Part shown: positions 1 to 9,416 of the stretch, piece after piece
How the letters are laid out: each line of letters begins with the position of its first letter
How positions within the stretch are numbered: the stretch's first letter is position 1
Source of the DNA: a virus
Lineage: Duplodnaviria > Caudoviricetes
Virus record (IMG/VR): IMGVR_UViG_3300032233_002382
Span: 32,001-96,000 of that record
DNA: 64,000 bases
Reading direction: 5' to 3' (one strand)
Translations under genes and position numbers: made by a program
The notes under the pieces: generated by a model
What the model was told of the DNA's origin: nothing
Database searches by the model: none
Seen by the model: only the letters and a program-made list of their open reading frames with translations

Positions 1-237
1 GCCAATGCTGTGTCCGCACATCTCGCAAAATCCGTCTTGTGTAGGCGAATAATATCTGCAGGACTGCGGTTGCCTGTTCGGGTTGCAATTGTCATGATCT
101 AACGACGCGACTCTTGATGCTATATGACTAATTTTCGACATATACACCCCGTTTCACGACCAGACGAGTTAGCAAAAACCTATTGAGGAATTTTCCTGAT
201 TCGTATCCGGAAGTCCGACCCGCCGCACGTTTCATTT

Positions 238-525
238 GTGGAGGCGGCGGGCTTGCCGTCTGGAGGTCAGATGAGCTTCTTGATCAAGCGTCCTTTTGCC
301 GATGGACTTGCGAACGCCATTATCCACAACGGTCTCAAGGAAATCTCGATCGCCTGCGATGACTCGTGCGGGATGATGAAGGACTACAGCCGAAGCGACA
401 TTCGCCTTTACCGTGATAACAAGAACGCGACTCATGAGGTTTGGCCTGAAGTCGGACCTAGCGGGACGGTTTACGCGACGCTGGAAAACATCGAGAAAGC
501 AATCGCCTGGCTGAAGGAGGTCTGA
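238..525 (+). CDS. hypothetical protein (likely start ATG 271)
   Basis: ORF behind motif copy; GGAGG SD before ATG 271. Confidence 0.7.
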   Translation: MEAAGLPSGGQMSFLIKRPFADGLANAIIHNGLKEISIACDDSCGMMKDYSRSDIRLYRDNKNATHEVWPEVGPSGTVYATLENIEKAIAWLKEV

Positions 526-526
526 A

Positions 527-703
527 ATGGTCTACCTGAAGAGTCTGCTGATCGCCGTTGGGATCGTTTACCTCATCGGTTCTTGGGTGAACTGGGTTGG
601 TGAAAGCGATGAACACTTGTTCCGTATCATGAACTGCATGTCAGACCATAAGGATGTGAGCCGTCAAGAAGCTGTGTATCTTTGCGAACGGGAGGTCCGG
701 TGA
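527..703 (+). CDS. small membrane protein (58 aa, not in track)
   Basis: Manual translation MVYLKSLLIAVGIVYLIGSWVNW...; GAGG SD; GTGA overlap with next gene. Confidence 0.6.
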   Translation: MVYLKSLLIAVGIVYLIGSWVNWVGESDEHLFRIMNCMSDHKDVSRQEAVYLCEREVR

Positions 704-1473
704 AGACTTGGGTGATCGGTGATGTGCATGGTTGTTCGGTGGAGCTCGCTCAGCTCCTGAGAATGGCTAGTGGGCTGACACAGAACGAACCGCACCGTTT
801 CATTTTCCTGGGTGACCTTGTACACAAGGGACCGGATCCGAAGGGCGTTATCGCTCAGGTGCGTGGGGTTCTGCATGACCGCCCTGGAAGCGTCTGCCTT
901 GCAGGGAATCATGAGGAGATCGAGATCCGGGCTTCGATGAAGGATCCGAAGAAGACCCCTGAGGAACCCGTACGACAGAAGCTCGACAACCTGTCGGCGG
1001 ACGAGATCGAATTCCTAAAATCCCTCCCTCTCCTCCACCAGTTCGAGGTTGATGGGAGTAAGTACATCGCAGTTCATGGCGGCATTCCTCCTTCCTTCCC
1101 CAAGGCCTATCCGGAGGGAATCGGGGAGATTCCGGCCGACTGGCATAAGGGCGGTGGAAAGAAGATGGACCGCCTGCGCCGGTTTCTTCGCGCAAGGTAT
1201 GTCAACCCGGCAGGCGATATGGTCGCCATGGGACAGGAGAAGCCGGAAGACAAGTTCTGGGCGGAGGTCTATCAGGGCGAGTACGGGGTCGCTCTTTTCG
1301 GGCATGATCCGTCTGAGACTGGAGCGATCCGATTTTTCCCGAATGCTATTGGACTCGACACTGGGTGTGTCTTTGGTCGAAGTCTGACCGCGTACTGCCT
1401 GGAGGATGGACTGATTCTTCAGGTTCAGGCCGAGCGTCAGTACGCCGAATTCCTCAACAGGAACGCAGAGTAG
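700..1473 (+). CDS. calcineurin-like metallophosphoesterase (PPP/ApaH-like)
   Basis: GDVHG, GDLVHKG, GNHE, HGG, GH and GLDTGCVFG motifs; probable GTG start at 700. Confidence 0.92.
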   Translation: MKTWVIGDVHGCSVELAQLLRMASGLTQNEPHRFIFLGDLVHKGPDPKGVIAQVRGVLHDRPGSVCLAGNHEEIEIRASMKDPKKTPEEPVRQKLDNLSADEIEFLKSLPLLHQFEVDGSKYIAVHGGIPPSFPKAYPEGIGEIPADWHKGGGKKMDRLRRFLRARYVNPAGDMVAMGQEKPEDKFWAEVYQGEYGVALFGHDPSETGAIRFFPNAIGLDTGCVFGRSLTAYCLEDGLILQVQAERQYAEFLNRNAE

Positions 1474-1491
1474 ATGTAAGATGAGGAGACC

Positions 1492-2196
1492 ATGACACAC
1501 AAAGATTCAATCGAGTATTACCGCAGCGTTGCGAAGAATTTCCCTCCCCTGAAGAGGGAGGATGAAACCAAACTTTTGAAGAGAGTCAAAAGGGGAGATA
1601 AGCAAGCCCGAGAGCTCCTTGTTAAGCATAACTTAAACCTTATAATTATGCTTGCCAAAAAGCAAGAAAAGACCGGACTGGCACTCGAGGATCTAGTCCA
1701 AGAAGGAATGGCGGGTTTTGTTCATGCCATAGACAAGTTTGACCTCAAGAAGGAAGTGAAGCTATCGACCTACGCGGTTTGGTGGGTCAATGCTTTCATA
1801 TTCCGCCACGCGAGGTCCGCTCGCGGTCCGGTCAAGTTGCCGAACAAGCGGAAGGATGGAGAGCTCCCGCCGTTCCCACGTTCCGTGTCGATGTCGTCGC
1901 CGATCGGGGAAAACGATGACGGAGAGTTTCTGGATTTGTTCGCTGACGAATCGCCGCTCATTGATGAACAATATGACCGTGAGACCGCAAGCGGCGGGAT
2001 TCGCTCATCCCTGAAGAAGATGGGATCCTTAGGATCAATCGGACGTGACATTGTTTATGAGCGTCTAATGGCAGAAGAGCCTATGACGCTCGATGAGATC
2101 GGAAAGCGGCACGGGCTCTCTAGGGAACGAATTCGTCAGTTAGAGGTCGGAGTTAAAGATAAGCTCCGGAAGCGTCTCATGGACTATGCAGCTTAA
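1492..2196 (+). CDS. phage RNA polymerase sigma factor, sigma70 family (RpoH/group-3-like)
   Basis: Region 2 DLVQEGMAGFVHAIDKFD...LSTYAVWW; region 4 MTLDEIGKRHGLSRERIRQLE. Confidence 0.93.
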   Translation: MTHKDSIEYYRSVAKNFPPLKREDETKLLKRVKRGDKQARELLVKHNLNLIIMLAKKQEKTGLALEDLVQEGMAGFVHAIDKFDLKKEVKLSTYAVWWVNAFIFRHARSARGPVKLPNKRKDGELPPFPRSVSMSSPIGENDDGEFLDLFADESPLIDEQYDRETASGGIRSSLKKMGSLGSIGRDIVYERLMAEEPMTLDEIGKRHGLSRERIRQLEVGVKDKLRKRLMDYAA

Positions 2197-2274
2197 ATCG
2201 CATCGGAGATCAGTTCGGTCCGCCGTCTCGTGTGTGGGCGGCGGTGGTCGCCGCCCCTATCCACGGGGTGACGC

Positions 2275-2487
2275 TTGGGTGACATCAGGACGGCTTTCGC
2301 GCAGATGACCTATCTCCGAGAGGAGATGGCTCCACCGGCCCCTTTCGAGCCATCGGTCTACACTAAAGCAGATCGTACTCACATGGAGAGGCGATATCGC
2401 CAGCTTGGCCATTCGATCTCTGACCAAGCGACCGAGTTCCTCAAGGCTAATGGGTTCCGGCCTGGTGGTTTGAAGAAGATCAAGTAG
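2275..2487 (+). CDS. hypothetical protein
   Basis: ORF between motif copy and hairpin. Confidence 0.55.
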   Translation: MGDIRTAFAQMTYLREEMAPPAPFEPSVYTKADRTHMERRYRQLGHSISDQATEFLKANGFRPGGLKKIK

Positions 2488-2489
2488 TC

Positions 2490-2525
2490 ACGAGGCCCGT
2501 GGGGATCATTCCCCATGGGCCTCGT
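2490..2525 (+). terminator. hairpin terminator
   Basis: acgaggcccgtgggg / ccccatgggcctcgt followed by T-run. Confidence 0.7.
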
Positions 2526-2573
2526 TCGTTTTTAGGGTTATTTTAAAAATCGCTATTTGCTGTAAAATCAGTT

Positions 2574-2762
2574 ATGGAGGATTCTAAAGTGAGCTACGTT
2601 ATTCGGGAAGTTTATCCGCTTGGTGGACATAATGTGACGGACAATCAGGGTCAGGTTATGTATTTTCGGTCTGAGCAGGATGCTGAAAAGACTGCATCGA
2701 CTTTGAACAAAATGAAGAAGGATGCTACACGTCTCTTCATAGTAGTGCCCGACACCCATTAA
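2574..2762 (+). CDS. hypothetical protein
   Basis: ORF 62 aa. Confidence 0.55.
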   Translation: MEDSKVSYVIREVYPLGGHNVTDNQGQVMYFRSEQDAEKTASTLNKMKKDATRLFIVVPDTH

Positions 2763-3019
2763 GATAAGTGCACTGTTGCTGCATAAGCCAGAAGGACTTC
2801 TCGATCTAATACTTCGAGAAGTCCCTCTGGCGTTCTATTATCCAGGAAGTCCATACGTTTGACGTACCCATCAACTTCGATCATGACTGATGCAGACATT
2901 TTGGTAACTAACACCCGGACATCATTGTACCTCAAGACCCATACGACATGAGGATCGTTCGGCATCCATTTCCTTGGATCAGATAGGGCGTTTCGCCATT
3001 TCTCAATCTCAGGATTCAT
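2759..3019 (-). CDS. hypothetical protein
   Basis: ORF coupled to upstream minus gene. Confidence 0.6.
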   Translation of the reverse strand: MNPEIEKWRNALSDPRKWMPNDPHVVWVLRYNDVRVLVTKMSASVMIEVDGYVKRMDFLDNRTPEGLLEVLDREVLLAYAATVHLS

Positions 3020-3278
3020 GTATCTTCCTCACTACGATAATTTGACTCAAGAATTCCACGACTTCTTTTAAATCGCGTGCGGACGGTACATCGTCAAAAT
3101 ATCTAGTTTCAAGGTCGTTCTGGATCCGGACTGAAACTGGGATTCCTTTCCGAGATTTCGCCCCTATCAAAACAGCCAATCCCGGTTTATCGAAGTATCT
3201 GTTAACGGGTAACTTCGTTGTGGTTCGTGTCTTCACGAGATTTTCGAGATCGGGAAATGGAACCATCAGACCTCCCAC
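3009..3278 (-). CDS. hypothetical protein with C-terminal tag (VRKIHES)
   Basis: ORF; C-terminal motif shared with many ORFs. Confidence 0.65.
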   Translation of the reverse strand: MGGLMVPFPDLENLVKTRTTTKLPVNRYFDKPGLAVLIGAKSRKGIPVSVRIQNDLETRYFDDVPSARDLKEVVEFLSQIIVVRKIHES

Positions 3279-3353
3279 AATACGACGAACGAGTCGGTAG
3301 ATTTCCGAGTGCCTTATGAAGTTCTTATGTGCTTCCGAGTGTAAGGAGAAACC

Positions 3354-3815
3354 ATGACCCCATCTGAACTGTCAGCTGCACTTCGCAAAATCGCCGCTAA
3401 GATCGACGCCTCTAAGAATCCGTCCCGAGAGCTCGTTATTTCAGACATCCAAAGAGTAGCTTCGAGACTGGTTACAGCGGCTTGGCAACCCCACAAAGCT
3501 AAGAATGTAGAAGAAGTAGACATGAGTAAGCTCCCAAGGCAGCTTTTAACCGGTACCACCATGGGAGACATAGTTCGTGGTGTTCTAAAGCACATGAAGG
3601 ACGAACAGCCTGTTAGAATGTCTCTTTCGGGCAAGGGTCCTCTTGGGACTGACATTTCAGTCGACATCGACGACGGTCAGATCACCATTAAGGTGCTTAA
3701 AGCTGAAAAGGATATGAAAGCTCCGACGGATGATTCGGTAGCTTTATCAGCTTCCATGCCTCTCAAGGATTGGGTCAAGGAAAATAAAGCCGCTATCGAA
3801 AAAGAAAAGCGGTAG
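3354..3815 (+). CDS. protein with long conserved N-terminal leader (putative virion protein)
   Basis: MTPSELSAALRKIAAKIDASKNPSRELVISD leader; AAGGAG SD. Confidence 0.75.
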   Translation: MTPSELSAALRKIAAKIDASKNPSRELVISDIQRVASRLVTAAWQPHKAKNVEEVDMSKLPRQLLTGTTMGDIVRGVLKHMKDEQPVRMSLSGKGPLGTDISVDIDDGQITIKVLKAEKDMKAPTDDSVALSASMPLKDWVKENKAAIEKEKR

Positions 3816-3837
3816 TTCACAAAACGTTCTACTAACT

Positions 3838-3871
3838 TTTGGGCCGCCTAGGGTAACCTAGGCGGCCCAAA
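3838..3871. terminator. inverted repeat / terminator
   Basis: tttgggccgcctagg-gtaa-cctaggcggcccaaa. Confidence 0.7.
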
Positions 3872-3989
3872 TCGTATTTATGGTGCATAATCAAGTTCAA
3901 AGTGCGATCGGAGATCGGCTGGCCACGGCGTCATGTGGATGGGACGGCGCCAGCCGCATTTAGCGGCGGCCGCTCCCTTGGAGCCGACC

Positions 3990-4421
3990 ATGACCCGCAA
4001 CAATCTCTCCACCCTCAACGACACCATGGCGGTGCTCTGCGAGGCGATCCCGCCCATCGTGGCTCAGCCGCCCCTCTATCCCTTCATCGGGGTCAAGGCC
4101 GTCAAGGCCCGCCTCGAGGCGGATCTGGTGGTCCAGCACGCCACCCTGGCGATGCTCTACCACCTGCAGACGGGTGATGAGCAGCAGGCCAGGGACACCC
4201 ACCACAAGAACCGTGCTGGCTTCATGAGCAGTGATGCGTTCACGGGCACCCGGTTGGCTGAGAAGCTGATTCTTGGTCTCGAGCTGGAGCCGGATGAGCT
4301 CGAGCGGGCCTCCCGCATTGCAACCAAGTACTCCAAGCAGCTCTCCATCCAGCTGCGGCGGGTGGCGATGCAGGAGAACCCCATGCTGGCGAGCTACGCC
4401 GTCACTTTCAGCATCAAGTAG
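3990..4421 (+). CDS. conserved phage hypothetical protein
   Basis: LAMLYHLQTGDEQ...NRAGF..SDA pattern resembles a recurrent phage domain; SD before MTRNN. Confidence 0.65.
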   Translation: MTRNNLSTLNDTMAVLCEAIPPIVAQPPLYPFIGVKAVKARLEADLVVQHATLAMLYHLQTGDEQQARDTHHKNRAGFMSSDAFTGTRLAEKLILGLELEPDELERASRIATKYSKQLSIQLRRVAMQENPMLASYAVTFSIK

Positions 4422-4433
4422 TCTGGGCTGAAG

Positions 4434-4463
4434 ACCCCGGCTCCCCTCGAGGGGAGCCGGGGT
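4434..4463. repeat. perfect 30-bp palindrome
   Basis: accccggctcccctc|gaggggagccggggt directly after a stop codon. Confidence 0.85.
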
Positions 4464-4554
4464 TCGGCTTAATGTGGATCTGTTTTGAAATAAATCGGAA
4501 ATCGGGCGCGGCTCTCGTCCTGCTTGTGCGGCGCGGTGCCGCAAGGAGTCGACC

Positions 4555-4890
4555 ATGGGACTGGAACTGAATTTGCCTGAGGACTACAAGCTTTCTGCGG
4601 GAGAGATCGACAATATCGTCTACTTGACGTGCAAGTATGCTGTTGACTGGCCTATGCGTCAGGTGGACCTCTTTGTTTGCAAGATGATGGCGGGTCTCGA
4701 TAAGCCAGATGCCCCGACCGGTTCGAAGGCGGTAGAGAAACTGCTTGAAGTAACCTGCGATTATCTGTGGGACCATGTGTGCGGTGAGCCCGATGACTTC
4801 ACCGCAAAGAGTCTCGTTGAGCACATGGAGCCTGCACTAACCCAGTGGTATCAGAACAGCACTCCGGAAGAGCGTGCCAAGACAGAATAA
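4555..4890 (+). CDS. hypothetical protein
   Basis: ORF after motif copy, AAGGAG SD. Confidence 0.75.
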   Translation: MGLELNLPEDYKLSAGEIDNIVYLTCKYAVDWPMRQVDLFVCKMMAGLDKPDAPTGSKAVEKLLEVTCDYLWDHVCGEPDDFTAKSLVEHMEPALTQWYQNSTPEERAKTE

Positions 4891-4900
4891 TGTAATTTCG

Positions 4901-4930
4901 AGGGCCCTGGGAGAATTCTCCCAGGGCCCT
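4901..4930. repeat. perfect 30-bp palindrome
   Basis: agggccctgggagaa|ttctcccagggccct; related to the 40651-40684 hairpin. Confidence 0.85.
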
Positions 4931-4941
4931 AGGGGTGTTTC

Positions 4942-5403
4942 GTGGGCGATAACAGGTATCGAAGTAAGGATCCGGCTTTGAATGATGTCCGATTTCGAAT
5001 CACAGAAGAGATCCGCAAGAATATTGAGGCCACGATCCGAGAAGAGATTGGTCGGCAGGTTAACCGTCAGATCACCCCTCTGCTTAAAGGGGATCTGAAT
5101 GGGATCGTCGTCAGGTACGTGGAAGAGGCCGCAAAGGGGCATGTCGGTGCCGTTCTCGGCATCAATTCCAAAGGTAGGACGAACGATCTGTTTAAGCATC
5201 TTGTTAAGGCAGTTGCGTCAGATCCAGACTTCGCCACAAACATGCGTCAGTTTGTTTTAGGAGAGATGAACCAACTGGTGGAGAGGCACTGGGCGAATGC
5301 ATATAAGAATGGTCTCGCAATGAAGATGAGGAAGATGCTTCGAGATACCTGGCGGGAGATGATTGTGCGGGAGATTCAGGAAGAACCTGGAGATGACAAT
5401 TAA
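4942..5403 (+). CDS. hypothetical helical protein
   Basis: ORF 153 aa. Confidence 0.7.
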   Translation: MGDNRYRSKDPALNDVRFRITEEIRKNIEATIREEIGRQVNRQITPLLKGDLNGIVVRYVEEAAKGHVGAVLGINSKGRTNDLFKHLVKAVASDPDFATNMRQFVLGEMNQLVERHWANAYKNGLAMKMRKMLRDTWREMIVREIQEEPGDDN

Positions 5404-5492
5404 ATGAGTCCGGGAATCGGCCGCGCCGCGCGTCCTCTTTGTGGGCGCGCGGGCGGGCGCGTCCGACCCAAATTCCGCCCAGGAGCCGACCA

Positions 5493-6176
5493 ATGAGCTG
5501 CATGATCAAGATCGACGGTGTGAAGAAGACCAGCACCCAGAAGGCCCGTGGGTATCGCGGCAACACCCATCGCCCCTGGAACGACCAGCACCGCTCGGTG
5601 GAAGATCTCCTCGGTGTGGGATTCTCGTGCTACACCACCCCTATCATTGAGCACCTGAAGATCTGCAAGGAGTGCAATCTGAATCGGGTCATGTGGTTGC
5701 TCGAGAAGGAGAGCGTGTCCGCAAACTCCCACTCGGAGCGGATCGCAAGGACCTTCTTCGACGACCCCCGGACCACCCGCAAGCAGGCGACCAATACCTT
5801 GGTCAAGCTCCAGGGTTTGAATAGCCTCTTCTGGCTCGGAACCAAGCTTTCGAAGGAGGAATTCTTCGAGGCCATCCGGATGGCCTACCTCAAGGCGGCA
5901 ATGGATTCGGCAAGCTACCGGCAGCTCCCCCTGTTCAAGACGGTGATCCCTCGCAGCGCGCGGGTCGCTTGGGATGCCACCCGTCCGAACGCGGAGGTCG
6001 CGCTCCAGGGCCCTCACCCGTTCGGGCCGGATCGTTCACGATACACCAAAATGTCCGTTGAGAATCGGGAGCTTCTCACGAAGGCGGCCACTCTGATCAA
6101 CGCCAAGATGACGTTCCCGAATACCATGGATGAGCTCGAGCGCACCGCCATCGTCCATAAGATCCAGACTAGCTAG
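5493..6176 (+). CDS. hypothetical protein with C-terminal tag (VHKIQTS)
   Basis: AGGAG SD before ATG 5493; motif copy upstream. Confidence 0.75.
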   Translation: MSCMIKIDGVKKTSTQKARGYRGNTHRPWNDQHRSVEDLLGVGFSCYTTPIIEHLKICKECNLNRVMWLLEKESVSANSHSERIARTFFDDPRTTRKQATNTLVKLQGLNSLFWLGTKLSKEEFFEAIRMAYLKAAMDSASYRQLPLFKTVIPRSARVAWDATRPNAEVALQGPHPFGPDRSRYTKMSVENRELLTKAATLINAKMTFPNTMDELERTAIVHKIQTS

Positions 6177-6285
6177 TCTGAAATGGATGCCTGGTCCCCT
6201 CAATGAGGGGACCAGGCATGGTCCGTAAATCCAACATGGAAGTCGTCTGTCTCCCTCGTTCTCTCTGTGGGCGCGTGGTGCGTCC

Positions 6286-6636
6286 GTGGGGTGTATTATG
6301 CGGATATGTGTCGAGTGTGGCGGGGATTTTGACCCGAAGTCCCCTCAGAAGAAGGCGGTCGGTGGTCTTATTACCCAGTGCCCCGAGTGTTCTGAGGAGG
6401 TCGTGGCTAAGCACGCAGGTGTTACTGCGGGTGATGGTAAGCAGGCTGGAGTCCAGGTATTGGCTTTCGAATCCCCTCAGGCACGCGAAGGATTCCTGAG
6501 TTATTGGAAGGCAGCCACCGGCCTATATACTGGAAAGCAGTGCCAGATGGGTCGAGGCCAACCGAATTCGCCGAAGATGGAATTCCGTAAAGTAACCGAG
6601 CACGGTGTCGGAATGAATCATAAGGGGAAGTCATGA
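6286..6636 (+). CDS. zinc-ribbon protein
   Basis: CVEC...CPEC. Confidence 0.7.
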   Translation: MGCIMRICVECGGDFDPKSPQKKAVGGLITQCPECSEEVVAKHAGVTAGDGKQAGVQVLAFESPQAREGFLSYWKAATGLYTGKQCQMGRGQPNSPKMEFRKVTEHGVGMNHKGKS

Positions 6637-6863
6637 TATCGCGCAATCAGTTCGTTGGTCTCATGGTTGTTCTTTTCTCGTTGCTCTTTTTGGTTCTGGG
6701 TGTTCGGGTGTGCCACGATTCTGGTGCCACCTCATCCAGCGCGGTCTGCCAGGAGGCCTGCTATCCAAATCCGGTAGATCGGGTATCTGGTAGACAGTGC
6801 TTTTGTCAGGCAACCATTACAATTAAGGAGATTCCAAATGAAGAGGTTCCTCGTAGTCGATGA
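6633..6863 (+). CDS. membrane-anchored Cys-rich small protein
   Basis: N-terminal hydrophobic helix plus C..C...CFC. Confidence 0.6.
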   Translation: MISRNQFVGLMVVLFSLLFLVLGVRVCHDSGATSSSAVCQEACYPNPVDRVSGRQCFCQATITIKEIPNEEVPRSR

Positions 6864-7209
6864 TATGCAGGTGAGGCACGACGAATTTGACCGGATTCTG
6901 GCAGGGAATCAGGTGATCCATACTTGGAATGTGATGCAGGCATTTCTTCAGATCCGAGAAGACTTCAGGGATGAGAAGAAGTTCGACACTATCTTTCTTG
7001 ATCACGACATTGAGGAAGGAGACGACAGGCGAGATGTGATCGAACTTGTACACTGGATTGTCAAGACGCCTTGGGTTCGTGACCAGCTTAAGAAGGATGG
7101 GACGAATTTCTTCATCCACAGCTGGAATAATCATGGGGCGCAGAACATGAAGGCGCTTCTCGAGGATGCCGGATTCGAAGTAAAAGTGAAGCCGTTTAGG
7201 GTGGGATAA
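6838..7209 (+). CDS. receiver-like domain protein (cyclic-phosphate-processing REC type)
   Basis: LVVDD, IFLDHDI, IHSWNNHGAQNM motifs. Confidence 0.75.
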   Translation: MKRFLVVDDMQVRHDEFDRILAGNQVIHTWNVMQAFLQIREDFRDEKKFDTIFLDHDIEEGDDRRDVIELVHWIVKTPWVRDQLKKDGTNFFIHSWNNHGAQNMKALLEDAGFEVKVKPFRVG

Positions 7210-7996
7210 GCAAGTGGTCGAAGTCGAAGAATTTATCCCTGAAGTCTGCTTTATACCAGCGTGGGCTGAAACCAAGGTGGGTTTCAGCCCACGCCCATAA
7301 CATGACTTCGAGATGAAGTCTGGGATACAGAGACTGGAACGCTTGTCTGTGGAAGTTGTAAAATGATATGAGATCGTGTAGATGCCCTGTGAAGAACCCA
7401 CCTAAGAATCTCCAATATAATGTTTCGATGTCAGATGTAGGGGATTCTTCCCATCCAGGAATCACTAAACCACATCCCAAGTGATGGAGTTTATTTAGCT
7501 GTGCCAGCGTCTGCGGATGATGTTTCAGGATATGCATTATACCGAAATCGATCCAAGATAATCGTTCATCCGGCACTAATTTCATCGCCCGAACCATGAA
7601 TTCGGTCTTGGCGTTCGTGATGAGGTAGTAGTCTTCGGGCGGATCGGAAATTCGACGTTCCGGTCGTTTAACTTGTGAGCGGACGAACTGGTAAGTCCAT
7701 AGGTCTTGTATGGTAAGATAAACGACGCGGACGTTTGGATAGTTTACTCGACCTTCTAACGACTTGTCTAGAAATAAGATGATCGGAATTTCAGTTGCCG
7801 CAAGAGAATCGAATTCCGCCAAATATTCATCGACAGTCTTTTTAGACGACCCGTCTTCATAACATATGAAGGCCGACACGAACATAAACCACGTTACCTG
7901 GAGAAATAAGTGAAGCCCGCAGACATGACCCTTTTTGGTGGAAACTCGGTTCATCGGATTCTGGACGCATTGGCGTACGAACTGGGTGAGCATCAC
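7196..7996 (-). CDS. HtrL/YibB-family putative glycosyltransferase (start likely MFVSAF)
   Basis: FVSAF, NAKTEF, WIDFGI, WRFLGGFFTG; paralogous to 60178-61724. Confidence 0.75.
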   Translation of the reverse strand: MMLTQFVRQCVQNPMNRVSTKKGHVCGLHLFLQVTWFMFVSAFICYEDGSSKKTVDEYLAEFDSLAATEIPIILFLDKSLEGRVNYPNVRVVYLTIQDLWTYQFVRSQVKRPERRISDPPEDYYLITNAKTEFMVRAMKLVPDERLSWIDFGIMHILKHHPQTLAQLNKLHHLGCGLVIPGWEESPTSDIETLYWRFLGGFFTGHLHDLISFYNFHRQAFQSLYPRLHLEVMLWAWAETHLGFSPRWYKADFRDKFFDFDHLLIPP

Positions 7997-8266
7997 GATG
8001 TCGAAACCAAGTGGTTGTGGAATCTGTCGGAGCCCTACACATGCGGTTGGAAGATCGATCCAGACAGCCTTTTGGCTGAGAACCTGTTCAAGGTATTTCC
8101 GAAGCCTGGATTGAGTCAGTTCGAAGAGCCTGAGGATTTCGAATCCCTTGATGTGGATGCGAAGTTTGCTTGGCAGATGAAGAGAATTCTCGAATCAACC
8201 GGCTATCAATTTGCTTATGAATCCGGTCTCCTCCGTGGTCTCCCCCTCGGGGTCGAGCCTCGATGA
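7910..8266 (+). CDS. hypothetical protein
   Basis: ORF coupled to deaminase gene. Confidence 0.6.
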   Translation: MKPADMTLFGGNSVHRILDALAYELGEHHDVETKWLWNLSEPYTCGWKIDPDSLLAENLFKVFPKPGLSQFEEPEDFESLDVDAKFAWQMKRILESTGYQFAYESGLLRGLPLGVEPR

Positions 8267-8604
8267 ATCCATATAAGTATTTCGAGATCGCCGCGAAGTT
8301 CGCTGTTCTTAAGGAAGATCAACGGGTCCACCGCCTGGGTGCGGTCGGTGTCCGACGCGATGGCGTTCTGGTCGGTGCTTATAACTCGCCTGCGCCCGAC
8401 AAGCTACCGAAGGCGCACGCGGAAGCACGGCTCGCCCGTAAGCTCGACAAGGGCGCTACCGTATTCGTTGCTCGCGTTGCTAAGTCCGGAATACGACTCG
8501 CTCGACCTTGCGCATCCTGTCAGGCTTTCCTGAAGGCGGCAGAGGTCGAGCGAGTTTATTACACGATTTCTGAGACTGAGTACGGAGTTATCGACCTCGT
8601 GTAG
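8263..8604 (+). CDS. cytidine/dCMP deaminase-fold zinc protein
   Basis: HAE...RPCASC signature. Confidence 0.85.
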   Translation: MNPYKYFEIAAKFAVLKEDQRVHRLGAVGVRRDGVLVGAYNSPAPDKLPKAHAEARLARKLDKGATVFVARVAKSGIRLARPCASCQAFLKAAEVERVYYTISETEYGVIDLV

Positions 8605-8606
8605 TA

Positions 8607-9374
8607 CTAAAGACCGTGAGTAATGAGACCGTTCTCAACGGTAAGGATGTCGTGAACTTCATGACCTTCCCGAGTGGCCACGGCCTCCACAGCCATCGTG
8701 AAAGCATCGATTGGTCTTAAACTATTAAATTCATCCGGACTAAACATCTGAGCACTTTCCGGCGGATCGAACGTCTGTCTTGACCCACCACGTCCGGCTG
8801 ACACCACACTGACTCTAGTCTTCATTCCTCCACAGTCGATCGTACCTTCCACGTTGCTCGCACTTTTTTCGCCCAGGAAATCACACCTGTGGAGAGTTAT
8901 AGTGCATGAAGGACCGAGCTCAGTCGGTCCTATATCGACAGGCTTATTTAAGACGTTGACTTGCCCACCGACAGCAGCTACCAATTTCCTAATATCCTTC
9001 AAAACTAATTCTTTCGAGGGACTCTTAGATTTTTCGATCCCCGCCGCGATGCGGCGGAGTTCCTGACTAAGATCTGACGGTTTCATTCGACTGGCCTTTC
9101 TGGGTTTTTGTGAACCCTTGAGAAATGTTCCGACGAGTTTCGCGATCTCACCGAAGTGCTTATCGCTGAGCTTCTGCTTCTCGATTCCGGAAAGGACGCG
9201 ACCGTAGTGGGCGGCCTTCTGCATTATCGAGTCGTCCATCGGGACCGTGACGCCGCCCTTCTCGATCGCTCCGAGCGCCCCACATAACATCGCGTGCTCT
9301 CTGGATTTCGGGTCCTCGGCGGCTTCTGCGACTCGCTTCGGGTCGCTAAGTTCAGATAAGGATGGCTTCGACAT
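8607..9374 (-). CDS. protein with internal copy of the long leader
   Basis: Internal MKPSDLSQELRRIAAGIEKSKSPSKELVLKD at about aa 97. Confidence 0.7.
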   Translation of the reverse strand: MSKPSLSELSDPKRVAEAAEDPKSREHAMLCGALGAIEKGGVTVPMDDSIMQKAAHYGRVLSGIEKQKLSDKHFGEIAKLVGTFLKGSQKPRKASRMKPSDLSQELRRIAAGIEKSKSPSKELVLKDIRKLVAAVGGQVNVLNKPVDIGPTELGPSCTITLHRCDFLGEKSASNVEGTIDCGGMKTRVSVVSAGRGGSRQTFDPPESAQMFSPDEFNSLRPIDAFTMAVEAVATREGHEVHDILTVENGLITHGL

Positions 9375-9377
9375 ACT

Positions 9378-9415
9378 TTTAGGCCTCCAACGACGTCTGT
9401 CATTGGAGGCCTAAA
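9378..9415. terminator. inverted repeat
   Basis: tttaggcctccaa / ttggaggcctaaa. Confidence 0.6.
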
Positions 9416-9416
9416 T

